Source: Daphnia carinata (taxonomy: Eukaryota). Taken from it: a stretch of DNA of 64,000 nt. This document shows, one piece after another, positions 12,969-23,990 of the stretch; position 1 is the stretch's first letter, and each line of letters opens with the position of its first letter. The notes below the pieces were generated by a model that searched no databases, was not told the origin of the DNA, and saw nothing but the letters and a program-made list of their open reading frames with translations. The stretch covers positions 10,974,001 to 11,038,000 of the forward strand of contig NC_081333.1 in the NCBI RefSeq assembly GCF_022539665.2. The letters run 5' to 3'. Made by a program: the position numbers and the translations under genes.

Positions 12969-14540
12969 AAATATAAAATACCGTCTCGGGAATCCGAATG
13001 AAGTATAGAAATATCATGTCATCCATCCAATCATTACAATTTATTCAGTGTCATGCCCCAACCACGAATTTTTTCAGATCCAATGTTACTATTAACCTAC
13101 ACTGAGAAAAGAAAAACAACACCATTAAGCATCTCAATTGTTGCTCATGTGACTTACATGACTCATAGATTCAACTTCTGACAGAAGCTTGGGAAAGGCC
13201 ATACAAATTGTAGATGAAAATCATTGTACAAGGCTCTTGAATGATAAAATAACACCCGTAGAATGTTGCATTGTTGATAGTTGTGTTCCCAGTATGCTGA
13301 AAATCCTTTCCTATTGGATAATTTTTTTTTTGTAGATTAGACATGGTTGGCAAAAAGGAGGAGAAATGCTTCGTCATAAATTCAAAATATTTTCAAGAAA
13401 ATTCCTTTCATACCTAAAAAGTCCATGTATGATGTTCATCGCTGCAATGCCAATGAAATGAAACATCTTTAGGGCCATTTAAGTACCTAGCTTCACCAAC
13501 ACTCTGAATGTAAAGGACAAGTTGTTCTTTAGCAAGAGAGGCAGAATTATTTGAGGCTTCTAGCTGTGACAGAACTATAAAGGATTGCTGTTATACAGGA
13601 TTCATTCACACAAGATGGTACTTCTCATTAGACAATTTGCATACTCTATTACTTTACCTCATACCTTAATGGTAATGCACTTTCAGTGTTTTTCAACTGT
13701 AGGCTCACTCTTCCATCCTGTAACACTTCCAGACTTGACTTGATCCCCCGCTAAAATTCTGTGAATGTAAAACAATAGCATTAAAAATACTTTTTCGATA
13801 GACAAAAAACCAAAAAGTACCTAATCCATGTTTGATGTTGAGCTCATGCCGTTTCTGGGTTTCCGTACCACACCCATTTTCGGCAGACTTTATGGCAATA
13901 TTAATCAAAGCCACACGTCCCACTATGAAATGGATGTTGAAAAGCAAATAAAAACCTGTTGAGATGGATATCAGGAGAATCAGAATAGATCTCAATCAAC
14001 TTCAGTTATTCCCTTCCCTATAGTACTTAGTGACATAGAAGAGAAGACCTAAAATGCAAAGGTAAAAATATTGGGCATAATTGCAGTTTACCAAGCATAG
14101 TAGCAAAATAAAATAATTATCAAAGAAAAACATATGCACACTTGGGTTGCCGAATGGGTAAGTTTGATGCAAACTATGGCAATCCGTTTTACACCCCCCC
14201 CCCCCCCCCCCCCATTGACTACGCCAAATGGGTTCTTGCTTATCGGATCCTTTAATCGATTTTCGAAAGGCCAAACGATATTCGTTCCGAAAAAACGCAA
14301 CTAAAAACGCACTGGTTTTCCGACATCATCGTTGAATTTCGATTCAAAATCATGGGTTTTTATAGCAATCCAGATTTCTGAGAAAATAAGTAAAGACAAA
14401 GTTAAGCTTTGTTTTTAAGTTTGAAGCTAAAGTTTTTTGTTTGAATCTGACTGAACTGGATTTTACCTAGATGGCGACACATGATGTCTTTGAAGAGGAG
14501 GAGCCTGTGTCTGTCACATCATGAGTCACGTCACGGGAAG

Positions 14541-14970
14541 CGAGTGGGTCGACAGGCAGCGCGTGGGCCGACGGGCAGATGAGTGGGTCGACGGGCAGCG
14601 AGGGGGCCGACGGGCAGAACGGGGGCTGACGGGCAGAGAGAGGGTCTACGGGCAATAACAGCGGGCTTCTTAGCGGGCAGAAGCAAAAAATGGATGGACG
14701 GACAACTATAGCGGGGGTGTTGACGGGCCGAGACTGTGACGAAAGGGTGGGCAAATGCAAAAAAAAGGTAGATGTTCCCCCAGTAGGCATTTTTGGGGGC
14801 AGAATGGGAGTTGACGGGCAGAGTGTGGGTTGACGGGCAGAGAGGGGGTCGACGGGTAAAGTGTGGTTGGGCAGAGAAAGTGAGGGGATGGCCGGCAGAA
14901 ACAATGAGTGGGTCGGCGGGGATGAAAGGGGAACTCTTGATTGATGAATAGAATTAAGAGTAGACGGGCA
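14541..14970 (+). repeat. GC-rich minisatellite, core (GTC)GACGGGCAG
   Basis: More than 10 variant copies of GACGGGC. Confidence 0.9.
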
Positions 14971-15026
14971 AAAAATAGGCATGGGTCAATTTTCTTAAAA
15001 ATAGCGTAAAAATACGCTAGCGCCAA

Positions 15027-15249
15027 CTATCCCCCGGCCGTGGACGGGCTCAACGTTACTAGTAAATAAATAAAGTGAGAGGGTTTGCGGGCAAAAATAG
15101 GGAGTGTTTTAATATGAAAAAAGAATTAAAATTAGACGGCAAAATAACGAATAAATTAGGCTCAAATTAACGATTGACCGACTAAAATTAAGAAAAAGAA
15201 GCGTTAAAATGCGCTATCCCCAGGTCTTGCACGGGCAAAAGTTACTAGT
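15027..15249 (+). mobile_element. Two tandem Helitron-like 3' termini
   Basis: CTATCCCC...ACGGGC-n-GTTACTAGT ending at 15063 and 15249 (imperfect GC palindrome, then CTAG|T). Confidence 0.45.
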
Positions 15250-15291
15250 GCGTTGCTAAACGTAAAAAAAAATATTAATATAATTATAAAA

Positions 15292-15356
15292 ACATAGAAT
15301 CGAACCCGTGAAATCAGCATGGTAGCCGTATACTAAGCCATAGCGCCATACTACAC
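15292..15356 (-). pseudogene. Degenerate tRNA-like sequence
   Basis: Reverse complement TGGCGCTATGG...CGGCTACCATGCTG...GGGTTCGATTC. Confidence 0.5.
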
Positions 15357-15423
15357 TATTCCATTGCTTCATAAGCTACCTATTTCAATGGGTGACACCC
15401 AAAGCAAAATTTGTTTGGGATGT

Positions 15424-15496
15424 GCGGTCCTGGCACAGTGGTTACCACCTTCGCTTCGCATTCTGAGGGCCCCGGGTTCAAGTCCCGCCACCGCCA
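15424..15496 (+). pseudogene. Degenerate tRNA-like sequence, 73 nt
   Basis: GCGGT..TGGCACAGTGG (A box)...CGGGTTCAAGTCCCG (T arm/B box)..ACCGCCA; anticodon arm mispaired. Confidence 0.6.
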
Positions 15497-15715
15497 ATTT
15501 CCCTCCCTCCCTTTCCCTCCAATTCATCATTCAAGATACGCAAGATTCTACTCATTCAAGAAAGAAAAGAAGAAGAAAGAAAAGAAGAAGAAAGAAAAAA
15601 ATAAGAAAGAATAAAAGAAGTGAGAAAAAAAGAAGAAAGAAAAAAAGAAGAGAGAAAATAAGAAGAGAGAAAAAAGAAGAGCCATGCCTACTATAAAGGG
15701 GCTAAATGGCGCACC

Positions 15716-15800
15716 AAAAAAAGCCTTGCCAGGCTAAAAATGGCAAAAAAAAGCCTTGCCAGGCTAAAAATGGCAAAAAAAGCCTTGCCAGGCTAAAAAT
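15716..15800 (+). repeat. ~30 bp tandem repeat x3, each unit with an AGCCT-TGCC-AGGCT hairpin
   Basis: AAGCCTTGCCAGGCTAAAAATGGCAAAAAA repeated. Confidence 0.95.
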
Positions 15801-16082
15801 CGATCTGTAGTACTGTTCACTACACGTTAAGGATCGACCCACAAACTGAAGGGTGGAGAAGAGGGGAACATTGAACGTAGGCTGTTCGTTAGCCTCCCCA
15901 CGGCCTGAAAGACGGCTCGTGGATGCAGACGCTTATGATCGGGATATGTGACCCAATTCGATACCTGTAAGTTTTTGTTGTTCCTTTTTGTATCTAACAC
16001 CATTACGTACAGTAGTACTAGTAGACTATTTAAAATTGACAAATTTATATAAATTTAAAACTTCTTTCATATTCTTTCCTAA

Positions 16083-19000
16083 GGAAAATTAGCCGAAGAA
16101 GCCGAAGAAAATCTACCAGGCTGCTACTCTTCAAACATGGAGTCTTGCTGTCGCCTCTAAGAACCCCATAGTACTACTTTTTCCAGGTTAGTTCCATAGT
16201 TAGTAATAGTCATCTTAAAAGAAAGAGTTAGTCAGGTGAAGAAATAGAAGTTGAAGTTCTTTTAAGCTCTCTTAGGTATGCAATGGAAGTTTTTGCATGC
16301 TCATAACTTTGTTCTATACGCTCAGAAACGTCTTCAGCGAGCTCGATTTGTTCATAGTTCTGTTTTTGGAATCAACGGCGATATGGAACAACAAATATAC
16401 ACAACAGTATGTGGACAACAAGAAAGCTTCTGTTTGAAGAAAAAACTACATCAGTAACCAGTTGCAGGTTCTCATTCATGGTAAAGCTATATGATTAACT
16501 GACTTTTGCTATTCTTCTTTAGACCTCATGTTTAATTCATCATATATACATATTTCTTTTCTTTTTGGGCATGGTTATGTTAGATTTACATAGAAAACCG
16601 ATAAGAGTTTTTGGACTACCGTACTGCTTTTCGCATGTTTGACGTTTATCCGTCGATATCCATGTTGCCATGGCTAAAACAACAAAAAGGTTGGAATCTA
16701 GATACTACGTGGTACGTTATTATACAAATATTTATTCATTAATTGTTTTCTTAATTTATTTTTGTTACAGCTTTCACTTTACGCTATGTACTTCGAGGAC
16801 TTTGCGTTTAGCTGTGAAAACCTTATTCTTCTATAAGCAAGGCATGTCGTTTTGAGATTCCATTTTAATCATTACTAAAACATTTTCAAAATTGTATCAC
16901 GTTTTCAGTGTGTCTTGTATTGCCAACGCTGCTGATGTCTGAAATAACCATGGCCTAGGTAAGGTTTGAGTCGTATAATTCTTTTATGTGCTATATTAAT
17001 CTGAAGTCTTTCTTATCTGTGAAACGAGAGCAAAGAAAAGGAAGCATTCGTCTTTAAAACAACCGACTACGCAGCAACATGCAACCATGTATCTACCATT
17101 ATCATAAGGGTTTGTTATTAGAAACACAGAGTTAAACATCCGGAATTGGCACAGCAGCAAAGCTTCAACTTCAAAATAGTTGGAAGCCATACAAGTAATA
17201 GTATTTATTTAAAATTTTACGCTTCTCAATCTGAAGTTGAGTGCTGAGAAGCTCTTCCCGTATTCATATATAATTGAAATGTTCAAGTGATGTGAACGAG
17301 GTAGGACATCCATTTAGATCCAAATCATTCTAACATCTAGATATCTTGCGTAGTTTGTCATAAGTAATCCCTCAATCGTCCTCCATTTTACTATACCATT
17401 CTATTCCACAAATTCAAAGTTAATTCCAATTACAAAGGGAACGGCCTCCTTGCGGATATTTATTTATTACGTATAAATTTATCTTTGTTTAATGTATTTC
17501 TTTGAAAGTGAAAATGCAGGCAGAACGAAACGGAATCACTAAGAGCCGTTTTGGTCAGTGTGGGAACGGGGTGAAGTTAAATCCGGCTAAGGTCTAAAGG
17601 CGAAGCCTTAAGCACGGGATTTATTTAATAAATTTACAATTCGGGTGATTTTTTTTTCTTATTTCACATCATGTAAACTATATACACACCTTTTGATTTT
17701 ATGCTTAATAGGCTTTCTCGAATATACGTGGCGGATGTTTTAAAATTGCATTATGTCTGTATATTGGAGTAGGCCTATCGTAGTTTAAATCCCAGAAGTG
17801 TGTGATTCATTCCTCATCAGGGCAAAACATATAGTTAACAAGATGTCGAATTCAGTTGTCGATCGAGGAAGTTTTCAATGCTTTCTGTTGATTTCGTCGA
17901 AGGTTTTCGGCCGGATTGCACTCAACTCGTCCCCATACTGACCGAAATGGCTCTGGATGATTTCGTTTGCTTTCCAACAGACAAACATTCCATCTATTTC
18001 AAAGCGTGCTTTATACTTGAGAAAACCGAATACGCCTTGATAAGTCTCTGCACGTGAGGCCGTTTCCCCTGTAGTTGGAATGAAATGGTATGGTAGAATG
18101 GATGAAAATTAGATGAACTTGAATTAACAGATATTTTTCTGGATTTTTTTATCGCACACATCACGTACAGTCTACATTTTTCAATAGCAGTGGTACATAT
18201 TAATCTGTCCTGATGGTGAATTAATAGAAAATTCTGATGTTCAATAATTCTTGAAATGCACAAAACTTATCTTCAAAGGATTAAGATTTTAGTTAGTGGT
18301 AATCTTAATAGCCATGTTTTTCTTGAATCGTTATAATATTTTTCCCTTCCAGATTACATTAAATCAAGGGATTGCTCTCCTACTATGATTACAACAAGGA
18401 GTCACATCAATTCCAAACAAGTTAACAATGAAGGTTTTATGGAAAAGCACTAGCACGTAACCTGGATGAGCCCGGCGGATCTCCTTAGCCAAGGTTTAAA
18501 ATGTTTTCTCTGTCTGGCTGTTACGCAAAACAAGGGTGCGTGACACATACTAAATCGGGTGAGTAATTAGTAAATAAGACCTATCGAAGTTTAATTATTC
18601 TCGGAACATTAAGAATCATCCTTATTTTCTTCTAATAGAAACTTTCTCTTTCTAGGTTACTAATATTGATGGATTTACATTGCGCCGGAAAAATTGCAGC
18701 TAGCATCAACAGCCGTTAAAGTATGTAAATAATATGTGAACTTGCGTCACCAGGAAGTGGGTTTTGAGGACTGTTTGATTTGCCCAAAATTTTTAGTTTC
18801 CCAAGGATCTACGTAGGCGTCTCCAATTGGATACGAAACATCCTACTGACTGTCACCGTTTTACAATCTGCTGAAAGGTAATAAACGTTATTCTTGTTAG
18901 ACTACTCGGTATTCTCCTGCGTGTTATTCCGCGCTATCCGATTCAGTTTTCTCTGGGCTATTTTGAGCGTGTTTTATACTTTTTACGTTCAATCGTCTGA

Positions 19001-20330
19001 CTCTGGGGACGAGCGCAAAAAACTAAAATGTCGTTCTTTTTGGTCAATATCTTCATTAAATTGGTATTAGCGCAAAGGGCACACAGGCGTACGCAATACC
19101 GAACCGATTGTTTTATATGTAAATGTCGTGTTTTTGTATCATGTTGTGTGACCGACAGTTGATCTTCTAGTAATTCGTTGTTTTGACTTAACCTTTTCAT
19201 TTTGTATTTTCATTTTCTAACCGAGAAGACACAAGAAAAACCTGGTGATTATGTGTTGATATTTATACGAGTAAAAGCTGGCAAGAGATGGGAAGTACTA
19301 TTTTAAACAAAAACACGTAAGATTATTTATTCTTAAACTACAGTTTGATGCTGGTCAGACACGCTTGTAAAAAGCCCTGTGAAATTTCCAATCTAAATCG
19401 TGTATTTTAATGGTAATACCGAGGTTTTTTAATAAACAACTTGTTCACTAATTCTTCTTCGATTCACTTTTATTTTGGTTGTTGAGAAAAAAACTAGATG
19501 TCGCTGTTGCGCTTCCAAAATGGTGGAATGTTTACCTGTGACAGTGGTGTAAGCAGTTAATCCTGCTTGAAAGTCTTTGTTAAAAATGTTAGACTCCAGT
19601 GAAAAGTTGTATAAAATTAAGTACTATTAAGTGTTTTATTCCCTGTGTCGTTTTGGACGTGAAGCAAACCAAATATTTCATTTTTCATGTAACGGGCAAT
19701 CTTGCAAGCTATGCAAGCTGCCAATTCCAGACTGTCACAAATTGCTCTGTCAAAGAACTATGACCTTAGCATTCCATCATGCTACTCTGTTGCTCTATTT
19801 AGAGGTATATAACTTGTGTGTGGCCGTTAATATTGGCATGATTCTGACTTTAACATCTAGCTTTGTAAAACTTACAACGGAAGACATACTAACCAGTGGG
19901 AAGGTCACCAATGATAGAACCAACACACCACTGTCTCATTTGACTACCCTTTGCCTAGTCATCAGAAACAGCTTTAATCTGACTAGTGCATCGTGTCCCT
20001 CTTTGTTTGGATTCCAATGATTAACCACTACCAACCAACTTACATAGAAATGGACATCACAGCCAGTCCTGTTTGGTATTTTAAGTTTGAGGCTTATCTA
20101 CTGTTGCCATTCTTTAAATATAATATCCCATCGTAGGTCTGCCGAGCCTTCTCCTTCAGCAAAATTACCAGCCCAACAACTTTTGCGTCTTTGGACAACA
20201 GGGTAAAGTAAATTTCCCTCCCTGTTATAATTATGCCAATAATATTATATTCCACATGTAGTAACGTTTTCTTCATATTTATCATTTAGAACTATGCCAT
20301 CATCTTCTGTTCCACGCAAAATTGAATCAA
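16083..20330. pseudogene. Several decayed spliced gene fragments on both strands, unidentified
   Basis: Exon-like blocks with GT/AG boundaries and protein-like frames interrupted by stops (e.g. minus 17878-18070 ETASRAETYQGVFGFLKYKARFEIDGMFVCWKANEII...). Confidence 0.4.
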
Positions 20331-20342
20331 AATTCTAAGTTT

Positions 20343-20610
20343 TGCCCGTTCTTCACTTCATAATCCTTCGTCGCCTGGCTTTTCGCCCCGTCCGTCGCCT
20401 CGCCTGTAGCCGTCTTCGCCTCGCCCGTCTCCCCGTCTTCGCCTCGCCCGTCGCCTTGCCCGTCGCCTCGCCCGTCGCCTCGCCCGTCGCCCCGTCTTCG
20501 CCTCTCCCGTCGCCTCGCCCGTCGTCGTCGCCCTGTCATCGCCTCGTGGTCACGCCGTCTACGCCTCCCCTATCGCCCCTTCATCACCTCGTGGTCGCCT
20601 CGTCTTCGTG
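20343..20610 (+). repeat. GC-rich minisatellite, unit CGCCTCGCCCGT
   Basis: Tandem ~12 bp variants; contains GCCCGTC, the reverse complement of GACGGGC. Confidence 0.9.
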
Positions 20611-20649
20611 GTATGGTTGTGTTTTGTTTTATGTTGTATTATGTTTTGC

Positions 20650-20975
20650 AAACTAACACGTTGGCTGCCACCCACCCACTTTGATCCCCTTTTTTTTTGT
20701 AGCTTGACAGGGACGGGCCGCGCTGTTCTGCTCCATGGTCTATCTGCCATGGGGTGGAGCAGCGCCACTGCCCAAGATTGGCCGAATGGCCCCTAGGCAA
20801 CGCACCACAGGGAATTCCCTTTTTCGATGCGGCTGATGAGACCTGGGGTGTGCGTTCCCAAAAAGGTCTCATCGCCGTGTCAGCCCGGCCTACCCGGCCC
20901 CCTTGGTCGCTATCCCTAGGATAGCGACACTAGCGACAGTAGAAAATGGTGGCGTGGCAGCCAACGTGTTAGTTT
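20650..20975. mobile_element. MITE-like element with perfect 22 bp terminal inverted repeats
   Basis: AAACTAACACGTTGGCTGCCAC (20650-20671) and GTGGCAGCCAACGTGTTAGTTT (20954-20975). Confidence 0.75.
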
Positions 20976-21120
20976 AAGTGTATCTGTGTATGTATTGTAT
21001 GTTGTGTACTGTATTTTAAAATGTATGTAATAGTGGTGGATATGTGGGTGGAAGGAGGGACAATAAAAACGATTTTACACTATTTAATTTTGTATTTATT
21101 ATTTAGCTGTACATTAACTG

Positions 21121-21188
21121 ATATGGGGATCGAACCCTAGTATTCTAGCATGACAACCACATGCTTTACCATTATTCCAACCATGAAC
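21121..21188 (-). pseudogene. Degenerate tRNA-like sequence (GTC at anticodon-like position)
   Basis: Reverse complement TGGAATAATGGTAAAGCA...TTGTCAT...AGGGTTCGATCCCC. Confidence 0.5.
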
Positions 21189-21275
21189 TAACAAATAACT
21201 AATATGCATTCAACAATAAGCTAGTGTGTACTGAATATCTATATAGGTATCACAATCCGAAACAATGTTAACAAG

Positions 21276-21346
21276 GGTAGTATGACATACCGGTAGCACG
21301 CTGGCCTATGGTGCAAGAATTCTGTGGTTCAAATCCCAGGCGACTT
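21276..21346 (+). pseudogene. Degenerate tRNA-like sequence
   Basis: TGACATACCGGTAGCAC...GGTTCAAATCCCAGG: B box clear, A box decayed, tRNA-like spacing. Confidence 0.4.
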
Positions 21347-21540
21347 AAAATGGATTATCGAAGTAAGAATATTAAATGAAGAAAGAAATTAGAAGAATGC
21401 CAAGCAGAAAACACAAGACCAAGCAATATAAAAAAAAAGAAAGGGCAGAGTAAGAAAGCAGTTAAAAACATAAGTTTTGCTATTTTTTGTTAAAAAAAAA
21501 TAAATTGTATTGACATTACTCTGCACATATAAATGATTTT

Positions 21541-21926
21541 GCAACTTTAAAAAGGCACAATAGCCCTTTCAAAAGTTGCCGTCAACCCAGGCAGGGGGAG
21601 ACACTGCCTTGTTGACCCACCGGGGAGATTACCCGGTGATTGGCTAAGAGAAGCCGGAAGAAGAGCTGAAGATTTGGAACATTTTTACAGGAGCGATTAA
21701 CCTTTAGTTCGGATTTGTGGGCAGCCACATCGCCCTCCGTGAACACATCATCGGACTAAGCGGACACCCCACGTCCCCTTTCCGGCCAGAGCCCTCCAAA
21801 CCTCGGTATATGTTATTTTTATATATACCGTACAGTAGGGGCATGACCCCCTACGGGCTTATTACGAGTCAAGGGGAAACGGGGCTACGGAAAGGAAGGG
21901 AGCCCAGATATGCACTTCAATTTTTT
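21541..21926 (+). other. Structured ~385 nt module, copy 3
   Basis: About 5 differences from copy 2 counted by eye. Confidence 0.7.
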
Positions 21927-23990
21927 AACATAAAATACCGTCTCGGGAATCCGAATGAAGTATAGAAATATCATGTCATCCATCCAATCATTACAATTTA
22001 TTCAGTGTCATGCCCCAACCAAGAATCTTTTCAGATCCAATGTTACTATTAACCTACACTGAGAAAAGAAAAACAACACCATTAAGCATCTCAATTGTTG
22101 CTCATGTGACTTACATGACTCATAGATTCAACTTCTTACAGAAGCTTGGGAAAGCCCATACAAATTGTAGATGAAAATCATTGTATAAGGCTCTTGAATG
22201 ATAAAATAACACCCCTAGAATGTTGCATTGTTGATAGTTGTGTTCCCAGTATGCTGAAAATCCTTTCCTATTGGATAAATTTTTGTTCTGTAGATTAGAC
22301 ATGGTTGGCAAAGAGGAGAAAAGCTTCATCATAAATTCAAAAATTTTTCAAGAAAATTCCTTTCACACCTAAAGTGTCCATGTATGATGTTCATCGCTGC
22401 AATGCCAGTGAAGTGAAACATCTTTAGTGCCATTTAAGTACCCAGCTTCACCAACATTCTGAGTGTAAAGGACAAGTTGTTCTTTAGCAAGGGAAGCAGA
22501 ATCATTTGAGGCTTCTAGCTGTGACAGAACTATAAAGGATTGCTGTTGTACCGGATTCATTAACACAAGATGGTACTTCTCATTAGACAATTTGCATTAC
22601 TCTATTACTTTACCTCACACCTTAACGGTAATGCACTCAGTGTTTTTTCAACTGTAGGCTGACTCTTCCATCTTGTAACACTTCTAGACTTGACTTGATC
22701 CCCTGCTAAAATTCTGTGAATGCAAAATAATAGCATTAAAAATACTTTTTCGATAGACAAAAAACCGAAAAGTACCTAATCCATGTTTTATGTTGAACTC
22801 ATGCCATATCTCAGTTTCCGTACCACACCTATTTTCGGCCCAAATACAGTCCCACAATTGTTCAATTCCTTCTCTGCATGGACTTATTACTAACAATTCT
22901 TTTAGTGGAGCACTAACAGAATTTAAATTTAACACACTGTCAGGTGGTGGACTGAATAACTAAACAATGAATAATTCTTTGTTAAAATCCTATACTTATT
23001 TTGAATTCTTATTTGAAAAGTTTAGGTACCTTACTGTGTTCGCCTAATGCCAACTCATCCTCACGTTCAGTTAGGGAAGAGTTTTGAAAAACCTCCTTCA
23101 CTGTTTGGAAACTGTTTCGTTCCAATTTGTTATTTTCCCCTAGCTGAACTTGTAGACTCAAAATTTGAGCTACAAAACACAAATGAATAAAAGCAAATAA
23201 ATAGAATCATTACGTATTAGGCCTTACCATCCTTAGCTTTGCTGTTATCTAATATTTTGTGTTGTTCCAATAATTGGGCCTGCAGCTTCATAATTTGATC
23301 TAATAAACAATAATTAATAATTGAAAACCAATATAATAATGTTTATACTTACCATCCTATTGTTTTATTATCTTATCCATTTTTCAATTGTTCCTCCAGC
23401 CACGCGTTATTCTCTCCATCCACGCTACTGAACTAACTGCGAATGGCATCCAATGGACTGAAATTGCCTACGCGAGTAATAACGAGTCTGAGCGGTAGAT
23501 GGTTACGTGTCGGAAAAAAAGAAAAAAGTGTGATTTTTTCTTTTTTTTGGCAACGGCAAATTTTTTGGCGAATTTTTTTTTTTTTTTTTTTTTTTGTAAA
23601 GCGGATTGCCATAGTTTTTATAGATTTTCAAGAGATTTTGGTTTTTGGCCGATTTTGACAAAAGTGAGAAGGGTTTATTCACATGGCGTAAATTAATTCT
23701 AATGCTGTCGAGTGACACATTTAGACGTTAGGTAATTTCATTCAAATAATATGCCGCCGCAGAAAAAGATGCTATCGACTGGTTGGTTTAACGAAAATAG
23801 AGTTAGTGTTTTGAACACGCTAAAATTTAGCAGTTGTACTAGGACTCCAAACATAAAGTATATATGCTAACGCTGGCATGTCATACCAGAAGAACTAAAC
23901 CATGGAAACAACATTTTTGTGTAAAACGAAGCAGTTACATAACAATTGTGAAATGCCGTTTTTGTTTTCCCTATCCAACAAGCGCTGATA

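Larger units (their letters stand above)
10358..13884. repeat. Foldback: near-identical ~1.5 kb inverted arms (10358-11872 / 12377-13884) around a ~500 bp spacer
   Basis: Direct reverse-complement match read along the arms. Confidence 0.95.
9577..23673. mobile_element. Composite non-autonomous DNA-transposon-like element with ~2.1 kb inverted arms
   Basis: 9609-11670 is the reverse complement of 21536-23614 (CTATGGCAATCCG...CGGATTGCCATAG). Outer tips read GCCTTCCCACTT (left, after TATA) and AAGTGAGAAGGG (right, before TTTA). No intact transposase seen. Confidence 0.7.

Noticed and set aside
14467..15696. ORFs 14467-14982, 14706-15026 and 15364-15696 (also 20327-20656) as proteins
   Set aside because: They are translations of minisatellites or purine tracts.
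15716..15800. CRISPR-like array
   Set aside because: Repeats are contiguous with no unique spacers, no cas genes, eukaryotic context.
11961..21346. Functional tRNA genes
   Set aside because: Acceptor or anticodon stems are broken in every copy; treated as tRNA-like pseudogenes.
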